From Anolis carolinensis (lineage: Eukaryota): a DNA stretch of 64,000 nt. Position numbers and translations under genes: made by a program. The notes under the pieces were generated by a model, which worked only from the letters and a program-made list of their open reading frames with translations, had not been told where the DNA came from and made no database searches. The stretch lies in the NCBI RefSeq assembly GCF_035594765.1, contig NC_085844.1, positions 186,388,107 to 186,452,106 of the forward strand, read 5' to 3'. This document shows, piece after piece, positions 25,101-40,100 of this stretch; the first letter of the stretch is position 1, and each line of letters opens with the position of its first letter.

Positions 25101-28100
25101 CTTTTAAGGTAATACAACCAAGCAATCCCTTGAACAACGTTATATTTGCATGCTTTTATACAGACATGGGTTGACACCATCTTGCTGTCCATTTGTCAGC
25201 TAGAGGCAATGGTACAGGGGGGAAATGTACTTTAGTGTAAAGTGATCTATCGTTAGCTGGAAGCAATAGGAGGGTTACATGATACAGTTTTTAATTCTTC
25301 GTTGTACTCATCTAAACCCAGGAAGCATGAGGTTACATATACAGTAAGATGGTCCTTCTTACCTGCCTAATAATACTATAATAATCATATTTATTTATAT
25401 CCTGCCCCATCTCCCCGAAAGGACTCGGGGCAGCTCACAACAAATATTCTTGAGCAATGGGTACTGTGATGATGGAGAGAAGTGGAACAGAAAGACAAAG
25501 AAAACAAACAGTAATATACACCAGTGAAGTGGAAAAACGTATTGCAAAAGGTCAAACGATTCTGCTTTACTGGCTTGAAGAACAGTTGCAATAAGACCAG
25601 GCAACAGACAACAAACACCCCTTTAGGCAATAAGGGATTGACTGATGGACCATCAGTCAATTATAAGGAACTTAGACACTTGTACCAGTTTAATTCACAG
25701 GTAGGCACCTACTCTTTGCTTGTGGCCTGTAGCTGCTCTTTGAACAGCTTACAAAGCCTCACTTGTTTCCAATCAGCCATTAACTGGGTACCAGTTACTG
25801 CTGGCGTTGCACTAGCAGTACTGACACACAGTACTGATTGAGACCAGTTGGGGTGGAAGAGGCTTTAATATCACAAACTTTAGCTTTGATCTTGATGCAC
25901 TTAAGGTTTCTGTTTCCCTGCTACTAGTAGTAGGTGGGAAACAAGAATCGTGATCATGATTCCTGTGGTGGTTGGGGAAACATTAATGCACACATATCCT
26001 GCTCATGTAGCCAAGGGTGCTGTTTTCTTGCTTGCAATTCTAGTGGGCAAACTGTAGTCTCAGTGGGCAGAGAAGCGAGATTTATACAGGTTATGCATTC
26101 ACACAGACACAATTTGTCTGTGTGAATGCAGCTCAGAATCTGATGCCCCATGCAGACATAGGGATTACAAGGTTGGCCTCTACATTTCTAACCTAAAAGG
26201 AAGGGAAGTTGTAGTCTGAGGATCATCACAAAAATGCACCTTACTTTAAGTAGTCTACTTCAACCAAATGTTAAAGTTGACTACTAAAAGTAAGGTGCAA
26301 ATGTTGAAGTTACAAAAGTTGAAGTGGCTGGTAGTGTGGAATAAGGAACCAGACAAACTTGTTAATCTCAGAAACATAATATGATCAAATGGCTTTAAAT
26401 GATATCTGGACCTATACTTCCCACACAGCACTTCAGGATCAAAATGTCCATTATAAAAGTATTTAGCACTGTAGCTATAGCAGAGTTTTGAAATTTTTGG
26501 ATTACATCTCCCAGAACCGGCCATGCTGGATGAATGATTTTGAGATCTGCAGTGCTTTTTTAAAAAGCAACATTTCTAAGTTTTTGGTTATTGGAAGGAA
26601 ATATAGAAGCAACACCGGAAGTGAGAAAATGCTTTATCATCATCAAGTTCATAGCAACAATGATGATGTGATTCAGGCAGTATATTTCTAGTCTAGTATA
26701 TTTCTAGCCTTTGTCTCAAAAATTTCTTCCCTTGATTTCTTTACGATTAGTCTTTATTTTCCAAAGTATGAAGGGGGTGTTTTATTTTTTTGCTGTGCTT
26801 TGCTCCCTGCTGAGAAAGTGATAAATAATTCAAGTGTTGCATTCAAGAAGTAGATCGATTAATCGATGCAGCTCTCCAGTAATCCTATTGGGTGCCATTC
26901 AAGTGCTTTCTTTCACCACTGATCACCCCTATACTGCAACTATAGAAGCCCTAGGAACTGCACGTCTTTTGAGCATAAGCCTTCTTGCAAAGATGTCTTC
27001 TGTCTTAGCAAATGGAAAAATGGCAGCAGACAGCCTGAAAGTAATTCCTGGCCTGTTGCTTTCCTCTTCGTTCCTGTGACAGTTACAGGTACAGGGAAAA
27101 CTATGATAAGTCAAGAGTACCCATGACTCCCAGTAAGATATTATGTAATGCTTCTCCTTGATATGCTGGATAACATAAGCTCAGTTGATCAGTTCACTCC
27201 AACCCAGCCGCTTCCATACTGCCTTCTCTCATAGAAAGTGTTTTTCAAGCCCTCTAATTTGGCAAATCACCCATCATGTTGCACAATACACAATCTTGTC
27301 AACACTTTCTGGGTAACATCATAAATTCCTTAGGGCATGATCACTTTGATTATTAGAAGGCAACAGTAAAAAGATCATTTAGTCCATCTCTAGTGTGTTT
27401 TGGCAGAAACAGCAACAATTGCTACAAGTGCACATTTGTCTTTGTCAAAGTCTTCTAGATAATGGGTGACAGCAATGATCCAAATTGCTATATTTTCAGC
27501 AGAAAAATCCTCCAGCAACCTTCTCTTTCAAGTAATCTCATCTGGTAATTCATTCGTTGGTACCTAAGAATATACATGTAGCCCCCAGTTACAAAGTGTT
27601 CTGTGCATTATTCTATTTGCTCATGGTTCCTCAACTTCTTTGTTTAAATGAAGGCTGAAGAAATTGTTCCTTCCCAATGTTGCTAAACTACAACTGTCAT
27701 CATCCCCAACCAGTAGCTTATAGGAACAGGACTCCAATATCCTCTGGAAGGAACCTCTAATTTAGACTTTTAATTAGCTTTATAAAATGAGAAAGAGCAT
27801 AACAGACAATCCTCAGTATGAGCCTGCAAATATATGCATTTATATCTTCATCCACAACAGGCTTTACCTGGGATTCTGCTACCACAACATCTTTAATGAG
27901 ATGTGGTCCAACTGGCTCATTGTTCTCCATCTTCACATATGTGACTTGGTAGCCTCGGATTTGACCATGTTGCTTGTTGGAGATGGGTGATTTCCAGGAG
28001 ACACGAATGGCTGTTGAGTTTGCTGATTCAACCTCCACTTTCCGTGGGGGAGCACCAGGCACTGAAATGCAGGCGGAGAAATCCAGTCAAGGACAAGCAT

Positions 28101-31100
28101 CCTATTAAACAGAACCCTGTGTCACAAACTGATTCTTCATCTTAATTCTTATTCTCAAACTAATTTTCATAGAAAGATAACATTATTTGTATAAAAGGAG
28201 GAAGTACATGTGTACACATGGGTGCATAAAACAGGTGTGACACTTATATCCCTGGGACCAGTTCTCACAGTTTCATTTACTGACAAAATACACCTCCTCT
28301 AGGCATTAGCAGGGTTTTCTAAACAATTATAAGATAAGCTTCCAACAGATGTTGACAACAGTCATACTGAAGAACCTAGTGATGTTAGAGAGCGATCCTC
28401 TCTAGGCATTTTCTAGGTCCCCCAGAATGACTCTACTGTATGCTTCTGCTGAAAGTTTTGTGTTAAATAGGGTTTGCTATTACTGTATGGGGGAGCCCCG
28501 GTGGCAAAGTGTGTTAAAGTGTTGAGCTGCTGAACTTGCAGACCAAAAGGTCGCACGTTCAAATCCCGGGAGCGGAGTGAGCATCCGCTATTAGCTCCAG
28601 CTTCTGCCAACCTAGCAGTTCGAAAACATGCCAATGTGAGTAGATCAATAGGTACTGCTCCGGCAGGAAGGTAACAGCACTCCATGCAGTCATGCCGGCC
28701 ACATGACCTTGGAGGTGTCTACGGATAACGCTGGCTCTTCGGCTTAGAAATGGGGATGAGCACCAACCCCCAGAGTCAGACATGACTGGACTTAACGTCA
28801 GGGGAAACCTTTACCTTTATTACTGTATACACTGTACTGAACTCATATAAGAAGATGCAAAGTAAGAAACTTACTTTAAATACTTTAAATCACTACAATA
28901 CAGCCACATCAAAAATATCTGTCAATTAGATTTATATCCTGCTTTTCTCTCAGAATGGGAATTAGTTTATAATCTGATTGCTGTATGTTTGGATGCTCCT
29001 TTGACTAACACAAGAGGCTTGTAGGGAGGCAACATCTTTGGAGAACATGGTTCTTGACTGTGCATTCAGTTTGAAGTGTTCTTTTTTATAGTAAAGGTTT
29101 TTTAAAGACAGTTTTCTGAAAACTTTCAGTTTCTTTGCAAGAGGAAACATCCCCACAAATCAGTTTATACCTTGTCAAACATTTGGAAAAGTTACACATG
29201 TATTATTTTGTGTTCTTATACCGACTGTGACATGGCTTATGCATGTGAGGGGCAAAAAATGTTTTCTCTACAGAAAATACCTTTTCCATTCAGTTATTCA
29301 GTATTAGCTTCAAAGCACTGAGCAGCAACCTGGTACTGCAGGATATATCTATGGTGCACAAACAGCACACTGTGCCTGAGTTGCTATTGCAGTGTGAGGT
29401 TAATTAGGGACAGAGAACCGGGTGGAACCTGCAAGGATTGTTTTACACAGACACACGGCAGGCGGGCAGGCAGGCATTTGCTCAGCCTCAGGCAACTGGT
29501 TATTTTCCACAGATCTCACTCTTAATTGTGGATAATTGCTTGAAGAAGAGTGCAGAGGGGAAAGATACATACATTAGTCGGAGGAAGAGATAGGGCAAAT
29601 GGGTAATTAGAAAAGGTTTGTGGGCCTTAATCTCATTTGTTGCACACTCTTGGAGATAGGGTGTCTTTGCTGATTGGCTGGTTTTTCATTCTTTCTCAAG
29701 AATAAATCAAAAGCAGAGTTGACAGCAATGAGGTAACCAGTTATCATCCTCCCTTCTCCCCAGCCTTAGATGTGGCTGCGACAATGCTTGTGACATTTCT
29801 GTCATGATAGTGTTATGATGAGGCTTACCTATAGCTAGTATTAGAAGGCAGAGCCTTGTGCTAGGAGCAGCTGCCTAGGGAACGGGTTCTCTTGAGTCAT
29901 GAGAGGTCATCCCCATTATAGGGAAATATAGGGATAATATTCCAAGTTGCAAAAAATGATTCCCCCCTCTTATGCTTCTATTTATGAAAAAAATAACCAA
30001 TGCATCAAAAGGTTCCAAAACCACTCATGACAGAGAGCTTAGCTGGGAAGACCAATAGTGCGGCCTTCAAACTAATGCAGAGAGCTTGCTGCGACATTTC
30101 TGGGCTAGCAGATTCCCTCCGGTTAAGGCCTTGCTAAATTAGAACTGATGCAAACAATTCAGGCAGCAGGACATACAGATGTGCCAGCGACCTCAGCAAG
30201 TAGTCAATGAAAATTGTGATACACCACTTCCAAGGACTGCAATGGTGCATTCTTCAGCTTTATCACCCATGCTGTAGTCTGCCTATCACTTTGAGAGCCG
30301 TTCCCTCCTCAAGTGCTATGTTCTCTTTGACTTCTGAGGCTAGGACACTGCCCAGAAAGTACCTTCTGTACCAGGAGTACTGGCACTTTTTTGAAGAAGA
30401 GGCTTAAAATGAGATGACATAATTGACAGGCTAGTTAATTTAATAGCATATTTTCCTTCAGAATGCCCATGATAAGAAAGGCATTTTGCCCACATGAAAC
30501 AGAAGGAAAACAGATATGCAGAAGCAGCAGATGTTCTACTCACCAGGAACGGGAATTATAATTTCCTACCTATGAGCCTCATATGCAAGAGACCTTGTCT
30601 TTCTTTTTGATTGTATTAAAGAGCCCAAATAAATTCTAAAGTATATAAACAAAAAGCTGCCGTACATGTTTGTTAAAGTTGTGTGTTTATATGTGAGTGA
30701 TTTGGAGGAATATCCCAGGTGAGCTGTTCTGAGAGCAGGAAGAAGAAATGTATCAGAACTGCAAATGCTATATCAGGAACAGAACCAAAATAGAGTCCGT
30801 GTTACCTTCAGTCATGATAAAGGAACCTACCATCTTCATCAGTGCGAACCCAGACAGGGATGCTCTCTGGCCCAGGACCCACATCTGTGTGAGCCCTCAC
30901 CCACACTTTATACTCGGTCCATTTCTCCAGGTCGCTGATCTCCCAGCTGGAATGTTCATGTCCAATGCCCTCAACCACATGCTTGGTGTTGTCCTCTCCT
31001 TCCACGGCCTGGTATGCGATGGAATACTGTGTGATGACTCCATTGCGGCTCTGAGCCGGTGGTGGTACCCAACTTACCCGGATAGCAGTGGAGCTGGTGC

Positions 31101-34100
31101 TTACACATACGACCTCTTGGGGTGGGGCAGAAGGGGCTAGGGATAAATAAATGAAGGAAGTGGGGAGATGAAGGGAAATGGTTGGATGAAAAGCACAATC
31201 TACATGGAGATCTTACCCAGCCAACAGAATTGCTCCTGGCACTGACCAAATCTACTTGTCTTCCATTTGGGGAGATGTGGAATTAAGCCTCTGAGAAGGA
31301 GTTAATTTACTCAAAGAATCTACAACGACAGTAGCATTTAGCTTAGCATAGAGTGTCCCCAAGAGAAGAGAGAACTGGAAAGCCCAAGACCAAAAGAGAT
31401 GGGATAGCAATAGGATAAGTAAAGAAAATAGTGTCAAAAAGGGACAAGAGAGCTGAAAATAATGGAAACAAAGACATTAGTACAAATACCGTTCTTTGCT
31501 TCTTGAATAATTCAGTGATGCCCTATTGGAGGAAGGCTTCAGAGTACAGTAAGGGCACAAACAACCAGCTCAGCACCTGTGACACTACTGAGTACTGTAT
31601 AAAAGAAACAGACTCCTGAGGCAACAAAGAGAATGTATACAGAGGTAGGACAAGATTTACCAGGATGCTGATGCCATCAAATGATGATGAGAACTCATAA
31701 AGATAGTCCTCCAGCCCACCAACATGGATGGGGATGTGGGGAGGCAAGTCTGAATTTTATACTAGAAGAAGAAGAGATCTCCTGCTATAAGGAGTAATTG
31801 ACACACAGGCAGTAAATGGCAAATGCACAGCACTTTTAGGAATTGTGGGAGATCTGAAAGTACATTTCTCAAAATGAGGGGCCTGGGCAACTCAATTAAC
31901 TGATGGAGGTCTTTCTTTTTTTATTAGGAAGGGAAAGCCAGGCATAGCCTTCATATAGAAAATCCAAATTGGAAGGCAGGATAAGGTTGCGGGTTCATAC
32001 TAAGTTGGGGTTTTCTTCCACAGTGCTCATTTAAGACACATGGGACTGCATTATTTTAACCTTATTTACCTTCACAGCAGAAGAAAACATTAGAGATGAT
32101 AGAAGGGAAATATGTGCATGTAAAAAGGAATGTGTATGTGCATTTGTGTCTATAAATGTTTGTTATTCTAAGACTGCTATGATACATTTATCAGATAGTG
32201 GTTCATATCTGTTCAGTAAGTGTGCATTGCAATTTTGCAGCCTAGAGGAATGTCCAGTGTCTGGTCAGTTTCAGTGGCTGTGACCTGGTGATGCGAAGAG
32301 CCCATATCATAGTGGTTCTCAACCTGGGGTCCCCAGATGTTTCTGGCCTACAATTCCCAGAAATCCCAGCCAGTTTACCAACTGTTAGGCTTTCTGGGAG
32401 TTGAAGGCCAAAAACTTCTGGGGACCTCAGGTTGAGAACCACTGCCATATCGGCTCTTAAGATCCAGCAGATATGGACTGACTGGATGAGTTCAAAGGGT
32501 GGTAATTGCCTCACTACATCAGGAAGAGGTGCCCCCTACCTTAAAAGAGACTGCAGCACCCAGAGGTATGTGATAACTACTGCCCTATCAGATATTCTTG
32601 GAGGAACAAGATTAGACCAGCGTTAATTTCATTTCAGGCAGGTGTACAGTCTTGGTTGCTCTAACAATATATTCTGGGTGAAAGGCAGGGGGAATACTAC
32701 CCTGTCAATCCTCCTGGATCTATCAACAGATACAGATTACTGGACTGGCTGTGGCAGATGTGTGTAGGAGGCTCTTTTTATACAGTTTTACAATGCTAAA
32801 TGGCATTGAGAGTTTCCTGTTCAACTTAATGACCCTTCTGTTGTGAGGATGCCACAGGATACAATCTTGTCTCCCATGCTGTTCAACACCTATATGATAC
32901 CATTGGGAAAGACAATTAAGAGTTTGGGGGGGGGTACTATCAGCTCTACTCCTTGTCATTAGAGTTGGCTGGGGCTGTGGAGGTGTTGGGATAGTGCCTG
33001 GATTTGCATAGGCTGGATGAAGGTGAATAAACTGAAGCAGAATCCCAATAAGACAGAGATTCTGTGGATTGGTGGTTCTCAACTTCAGGAATTAGGTGAG
33101 CTGCCTGTTTTGAACATGAACAAGACTTTATTACAGTCCATGACTAGCACAGAGATGGACACAAACACCCTGGGATGGGGAAACACAGTTCCCTGGAGAG
33201 GCAGTCATTAAAAGGTTTAGAAAACAGTTTTTTAAAAAAAGTGGGTTGCCTGTTTTGGATGACATTGCACTTACCTGAAGGAACAGATGTGCAGTCTGGG
33301 AGGACTCCTAAATCAATCTTTGCCACCCAAATAGAGTTGGTGGTTTAGAGTGCTTAAGGCCAGCTTCAATTATTCTGCCAGTTACAGTGGGCAGGGATAA
33401 TTTAGTACCAGTAGTCAATGCATTGATAACTCCCCAATTAGACTACTGTGATACACTCATGCAATGTGAGGTTGCCTTTAAATATTATTTAGAAACTGTA
33501 GCTAATGCAAAATGCAACTGCTATACTGCTCATTGGAATTAGGAAAAGTGAGAAAAATTATAGTCGCTATCAAAAATAACAAAAGAGAAAAAGACATAAA
33601 ATAGAAGGTGCAAGTCTATGCCTTTTTATTTATTATTTAGAACCAAGTATCTCCAGTAATCTTCCACTATACATTATAGATACTCACTGCTGAAATGCCT
33701 GAATTGGTCCAATTGATAATTGCCATAAAGAGTTCCTGCATCAAGTTATTTCAGAAAAACAAACCAAAATGATAAACTATAAACTGAAAAACTGAAACTC
33801 ATTTGGTACAGGGCAGGATCTATAGGGATCGTTATAAAACATTTACCACACAGTTAACATTATGTTTATTCTCCCTTTTGAATATGTGTTACATGGGGAC
33901 ATTCTCTTGGAATTACGCCATACTTAATTACGCCATAGAAACACTCGTGGATTATGTGATTAATTGTGATTGTATTGTTTTAAATGTTTATAATTGTTTT
34001 AATTTATTTTATTATTCTATTTAAATGTTCATTTTAATTGTAAATTGTTTTTAAGGCATCAAACAGTTGGCTATGTGTAAAGCCACCTTGAATCCCCTTA

Positions 34101-34134
34101 GGGGTAGAGAAAGGCAGGGTAGAAATGTTGCAAA

Positions 34135-34177
<43 letters not shown>

Positions 34178-37100
34178 ATCTTCCAGAAAGAAGAGGCAGA
34201 TCCTAGGGAGCAGCCAACAAATCCACTGGAAAGGTGGGGAATATACCTTTTCAACCATTCAGCAGATGGCCTTTATTTTTATTTTTTAAGCCCAACATGT
34301 TTTGGCCTATAAATAACCCATATATTTTGGAGTTGTCCCACATTAGATACATTTTGGGAAGAATTACACAAGTAAATTTAATTTTGGAAAGTTTCTTGAA
34401 AACTTTAGAAATGGTAAATGGAAGCAAATATTTTCACAACCTTTTGATAGCTAAATTATTTATATTTCTTTACTGGAAATACGACTTTTCTCTACTTGTT
34501 ATGTTGATTGTAAGATAGAAGAGCTAATAATCCTGGCAACATCTGACAGAATGATAAAGATAAATTGACAAATGGACAAACATTTGAATATTTCATCAGC
34601 TTTCATAGAAAACTATTTTTCCTCATTTTGTGTTTTGATTGTCCTGCTTTTGTTAAACTGGAACATTATTATAGATAACTTGGGAAAACATTTTTAAAAA
34701 GCAAAAAAAAAAGTGCAAGACTTAGGTGTTGGTCAAAATACTGGGATTCTGAAATTACTGTTATATTGAGAGTTTGACAATTTTTAATCTCTGAGTAAAC
34801 CGAAAGAATAGGGTAGTTCTTTTTTAATAAATACTTTTTGGATTTTTTTCATGTCAAGAGCTTCTTGAGAATATGGATATTTCTATCCTTTTGTCTAAAA
34901 GAGAGAGACCAACAATAAATATACAACTAAAAGACAAATAGTGTAACACTCAGTTTAAAGTAATGCAGATCCCGCAAATTTCACACTTTGCTTCTAATTT
35001 GCTGAACGGATGAGATGGCTGGAGATAAATTCACTTTTCTTGAATTACAGGTAACACTTAGAAGTTTTCATATCAGATATCTATCAAATACTGACTGAGA
35101 CTTCTCTAAGTGCTTCTCTAAGATATCCTGGCAAAGGATAAAGTGCAGAAAAAAGAGGGAGAATGGGAGGTAATACGGTGAAAGAAGCCTCTGTGACTAG
35201 TGACTGCTAAGAGTAGAGGCAATGTCATCTAAGTAATCCATCAGTAGTACCTGACTGTTGTTGAGCTATCATGCATCAAGCCACCAGAAGTGGAAACCTT
35301 TTGGAACACACACAAACTGGCACTAGACACCAATGAAGAGTAAATATATAGAAATCACTAACAACCAAAATATTAGAGCCCACAGTGCCTTGGGTTGCTT
35401 AGACTGCTGAATGTTCTTAACAGGAAACTTTTGTTCCAAGATTTAAGGATCTATGTGGGTATGGCTGCTGGAGAAACAATATGAAGGGGTGGAAACAGCA
35501 TGAGGTGCTGTCATTAGATCAAATGCACCATGTCCACTTTGCTAGAGAAATTTTAAATGCAGATATCTGCAATGCTGTCTAGAAAACGCTTTATTTTTGT
35601 GTAAATAAAAAACCAGAGAGAGCTCTTTATAGCCACACAGTCAATTCTGAAATATGAAATACCTCAAAATCTGAATTCTCTATATGGATGGCTGAGATAA
35701 TGAAACCTTTGTGTCTGATGCCTCAAGGTACACTGTTTCATTCACAAAAGTATTTAAAATATTGTATAAAATTATGTTCAGGCCAGATTTATACATGTAT
35801 ATGAAATATACTGTAAACGAATTTTGCTTCATTTGGGTCCCATTTTCAAGATAACTCATTATGTATGTATATGCAAATGTATTATTCCAAAATCCAAAAA
35901 TATCTGATATCCAAAACATTTCTGGGCCCAAGCATTTCAGATTAGAGGTACGCAACCTGTACTATTTGAAGGTTTTGATGTGCATCTTTACATTGTTAAA
36001 TGCTACATCCATAGATCTTGTCCTCTGCTCAGATAATTTTTGTATGGTGCTGATGTAAGGTGGTTTTGACTTGTGAGGTTTTCTATTTGTTGCGATATCC
36101 TTCAGTTCTTTTGCTCTACATGAAATAGTTTTAAAATAATGAGAAAGACTAACAAACAACATTGCTAAGGAAGATAAGAGAGTTAGACAGTAAAGAAAGG
36201 AGTGGAAGAGGAAGCCAGAGGTAAAAGAGGTCACTCTAGACCATGAAAGAGACATGGACTGCTACAAATTGATAATGAATTTGCATTAAAGTTTAATAAG
36301 AAGGGAATTTAAAGTAATCCCTTCCTTCAGTTACTCTTTAACATAATTTTTGGAAACAAGGCCTCATTAAGACAGATTTGTTACTTAATCATTGTTTGAC
36401 AAACCTCCTATGAAGTGGAAGAAGAATTATTAGAATATGTAATTAATGGAGCAACAAGTGATAGGTGGGCCTTTCTCATGCTTGCTGATGGCTAGGTAAG
36501 AGTCACACTTGCACAATTCCAACATACTAGCTTCTGTTTAACATCAGAAGGGTTCAAAATAAAATCTAGCAAAACAAGCACAATACATAAGGAAAGTACA
36601 GGAATCAGGAGTAAACACCAACATGCATGTGCACACACACAATCCACATATTTTGAATATGGACACTATAGCACAAATATTCTGAGAGGCAGCATGAATA
36701 AATTTGATATGTTTAGGTAATGGCTCAGATGGATGTGAAAGGGCCTGTAGTTCATGCCCACATGAAAAGCTGATTGCATGATGAGCACCTTGGCTCCCAT
36801 AACCTGATTCTGATATTTGGTAGGAATGGCAGCACTATAGCAAGTTTGATTCATTAGTCAGAATATTTAGTAGTAAGATCAAGAGATCCCACACCTGTCT
36901 TTACAAATATTTCTAGAGACAGTCTTCTTAAACAGAAAAACCCAGCTTTCGTCTTTCATCTGAGCTTGAAATCCCACTTTTCTAAAATTGTGCCTTAACT
37001 GGAGATGCTGAATTCTTTCTTCTTTAGCTATTTTTGTCTTGAAACCCTTTCTCTAAAATTGTACCTTAACTGGAGGTGCTGAATCCTTGCTTTTTAAGCT

Positions 37101-40100
37101 ATTTTGGTTTTGAAACATCTTCCACCCTCTACTTTTATCCTGCCACCATGTGTTTACACTGAATATTTTGACCTTGGGGCTCCATGGGATGGGTGAAGCA
37201 GCTAGTAGGGGAATAGTAAAGCATTCTCATCTCCTGGTTTTTTTTTCCATGGCAAAGCATACCTCCTTTAGGGAGATATATCATATAGGAAAGGCCATTT
37301 AGTTAATGTTTCTCATGGCTGCAATGTAATATGTAGCATAGCCCAATACTTGCAGTCACCTTCTCTATTACTACACACCATACACACTATGGAGGGACAG
37401 GGCTAAACCCTGGAAGTAGATTCTGCTGTTATTTCCAATCAGTGATCAGATATATGATACATACCCTGAATAGAACTGAACTAAGATTAGCAGGCACAGA
37501 TTTAAGGTGTGGTTTGAAAGCAGGGCAGTTGTTGGATGGCACTGAGTTGACGTGCATGCACTGGGAAACTGTTCTGTGGACCTAAGGTGTGATATGTAGG
37601 CAGGAATGCTGTTGCACATAGGCTTACATCTGAGTAGTCATGCTAAGCACTCTGTTTTGTGGGGGAAGTCTCCAAATTGATAAGAATTGTATATGGTCCT
37701 ATTCACTTTGTATTGGCCCCAACCCTGCTCACTCCTAGAATTCAGTCTCCAAGATGCTATTCAAATTGGAATTTTACCTCCACTCATGGTTAGGATTCTA
37801 GACAGGATGAAGCCATGGCATCTCTCTGACATGAAGCACTACATCAAAAAATGGAATCAGGGTGGTTCTCAGAGAATGCTCTGCTTCTGCCCTGAGATGC
37901 CATGACAGCATGCCACTATGATGACTTGACAGTGTACTAAATCAGCATATGGACATATGATAACCTTAGGTATTTCATTCTCTTTAAACCAATCTGGGAA
38001 GGCAAGAAAATCAAACAAGAATAGGAAGAAATGCTTTTAAAGAATTCACCTTGAGGGATATAATTCCTTTGACATTCCAAAATTTCTTAGGATTCTCACT
38101 TTAAACCAGATTTGCTAAAACAGAATAGTTCTGAGACTTGGCTTCTGACTTAATGTTTGTGTTAGATTAATATCTGCTATGAAAGCTTCTTCTTATAGAG
38201 CAGATGTCAAAGAAAGGGAAAATAAATTGTTTAACTCCATTCACATTTCCATCTCCTGAGATGTAAAGTCTTTCCTTTAACAAAGAGGTGTTAATACCTT
38301 TACAGTCTAAAGTGCTACAATCTGATACTAGGGTGTAAGTGTTCCAATTCCCAAAGATAACTGTGTGCATGTGTGTAGAAGGCCACTTTGCCTCTGCCGC
38401 TAAGCTTGACCTTTAGTGGTCCTGAAGCAGTAATGCCAGTTACTTTGAGTTTGCTGAGGGAAAGAGAAAATTTGTTTACAATGTGATGGGAATTACTGGA
38501 AGGACGTTTGGAGGCTACAAAATGGTGAGGAACAGGGGTGTCCATAGGTTGTACGCCCCAGTGGTAGTAGTAGATTTGATTCAGGAATGGTGAAAACAAC
38601 TTATGTTAGGATTAACTAACCTTATTCCTAGGTAATTTTCTGCTTGTACAAGCTCCTAATATTATCAAGTTACAAAGAGCTATCATGCCTAAGCCAAAGC
38701 TTGGAGATCTCTGCTTTGCCATAGATATTTGTGCTACAGTAGAGCTCCGCTTATCTGACTTCTGCTTATCCGACACTCCGTATTATCCGACGGCGAATGT
38801 CCTCCCTTGCTTGCTCTCTCTCACTCACTCACCCCACTGGGTCCTGGTGCTGCCGAAACCCAGCCGGGTGAGTGAATGAGGGACGGAGGGCAGGCGAGCG
38901 AAGGAGGGCAGCAAAGGCCCTCCCTCACTCACTCACTCCTTCACCAGGCTGGGTCCTGGTGCTTCCGGGACACAGCCTGGTAAAGGAGCTGAGGGACGGA
39001 GGGTGGGCGAGTGAAGAAGGGCAGCAAAGGCCCTTCCTTCCTTGCTCACTTGCTCACTCACCCCGCCAGGTCCTGGTGCTGCCGTCGGCACTGCTGGGAC
39101 CCGGCCTGGTAAGTGAGCGAGGGAGAGTGGGCGAGTGAGCACCCACCCTGTTATCTGTCAGTTTCGCTTATCTGTCATTCTGCCTGCCAGTTTATGATGG
39201 ATAAGCGAGATTCTACTGCATTTTGTTAGCCTTATGTTTTAGGGAAGTACTTACTTGCTGCCTATCAATACACATGGAATTAAACAGTGGCTAACAGAAC
39301 AATTACCAGCCTCCACATTCAGTGGAGAATCCAATGTCAAATATTTATAATGCCTCTATCTGAGCATTGTTGCATATCTTTCGTCCTATCCATCCTGCTG
39401 GCACTAAGATCCCATTAGCTGAAGTGCAAGTTAAACAGGGCTGTTGGAGTACTTGTGATTGATATGCTAATGAAAGGAAGAAAGGTCATTCCAATCATGA
39501 GTGGAGCAGTTCTCCCTCCCTGTTTCAGCCCTGCTACCCTCTGGCTCCACACAGAGAGGAACTGCTGTTGCCTCCATAGCTGCTTGCCCCACAGTCAATG
39601 AGATCCTTGACAGATGGCACAAACAGGAATGTCTCTCTTCCTCCCTTGAATGCTTTTTGCATAAAATCAACTCCCCAAAATCGTTAGTGAAAACAAGCTT
39701 ATCTCGGAGCTTTAATCTGTTTATGTGCAACACTTTGTGCTGTCAATAAGGGTGCACTGGTTTTCACCTCCACATAGGCTGTGAAGAAAATGGAAGCAAT
39801 CTAGTTTGGGTCACTTCTTTATCTGGCCTTCTGACTAACCCCACAGTAGACTAATGCTGTTTTCTTCGAGCCTTCAAAACCTAGAGGCAAAAGCCACACA
39901 AGCAGTCTCCTTACATTTTTCACTCCACAAAAGTCAGGCAACCACATGATCCACACTACATCACATTTCTCAGCATAAATTCCCCAAAGAAGTTTCATCG
40001 ACTTATGAACATCATTCCCCGCACTCCCAAATCCTTTTAGGTTTGCAATGTCTGCAATATAGTGAGTATAATGCGGTGGGTGCAGCACTCCTTTTATACA

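Noticed and set aside
28489-28570. tRNA gene
   Set aside because: The A/B boxes belong to the tRNA-derived head of a Sauria SINE with body, tail and TSD; there is no complete cloverleaf.
38800-39140. CRISPR-like or other prokaryotic repeat array
   Set aside because: The context is a eukaryotic intron, the units are long and degenerate with no unique spacers, and they lie inside transposon TIRs.
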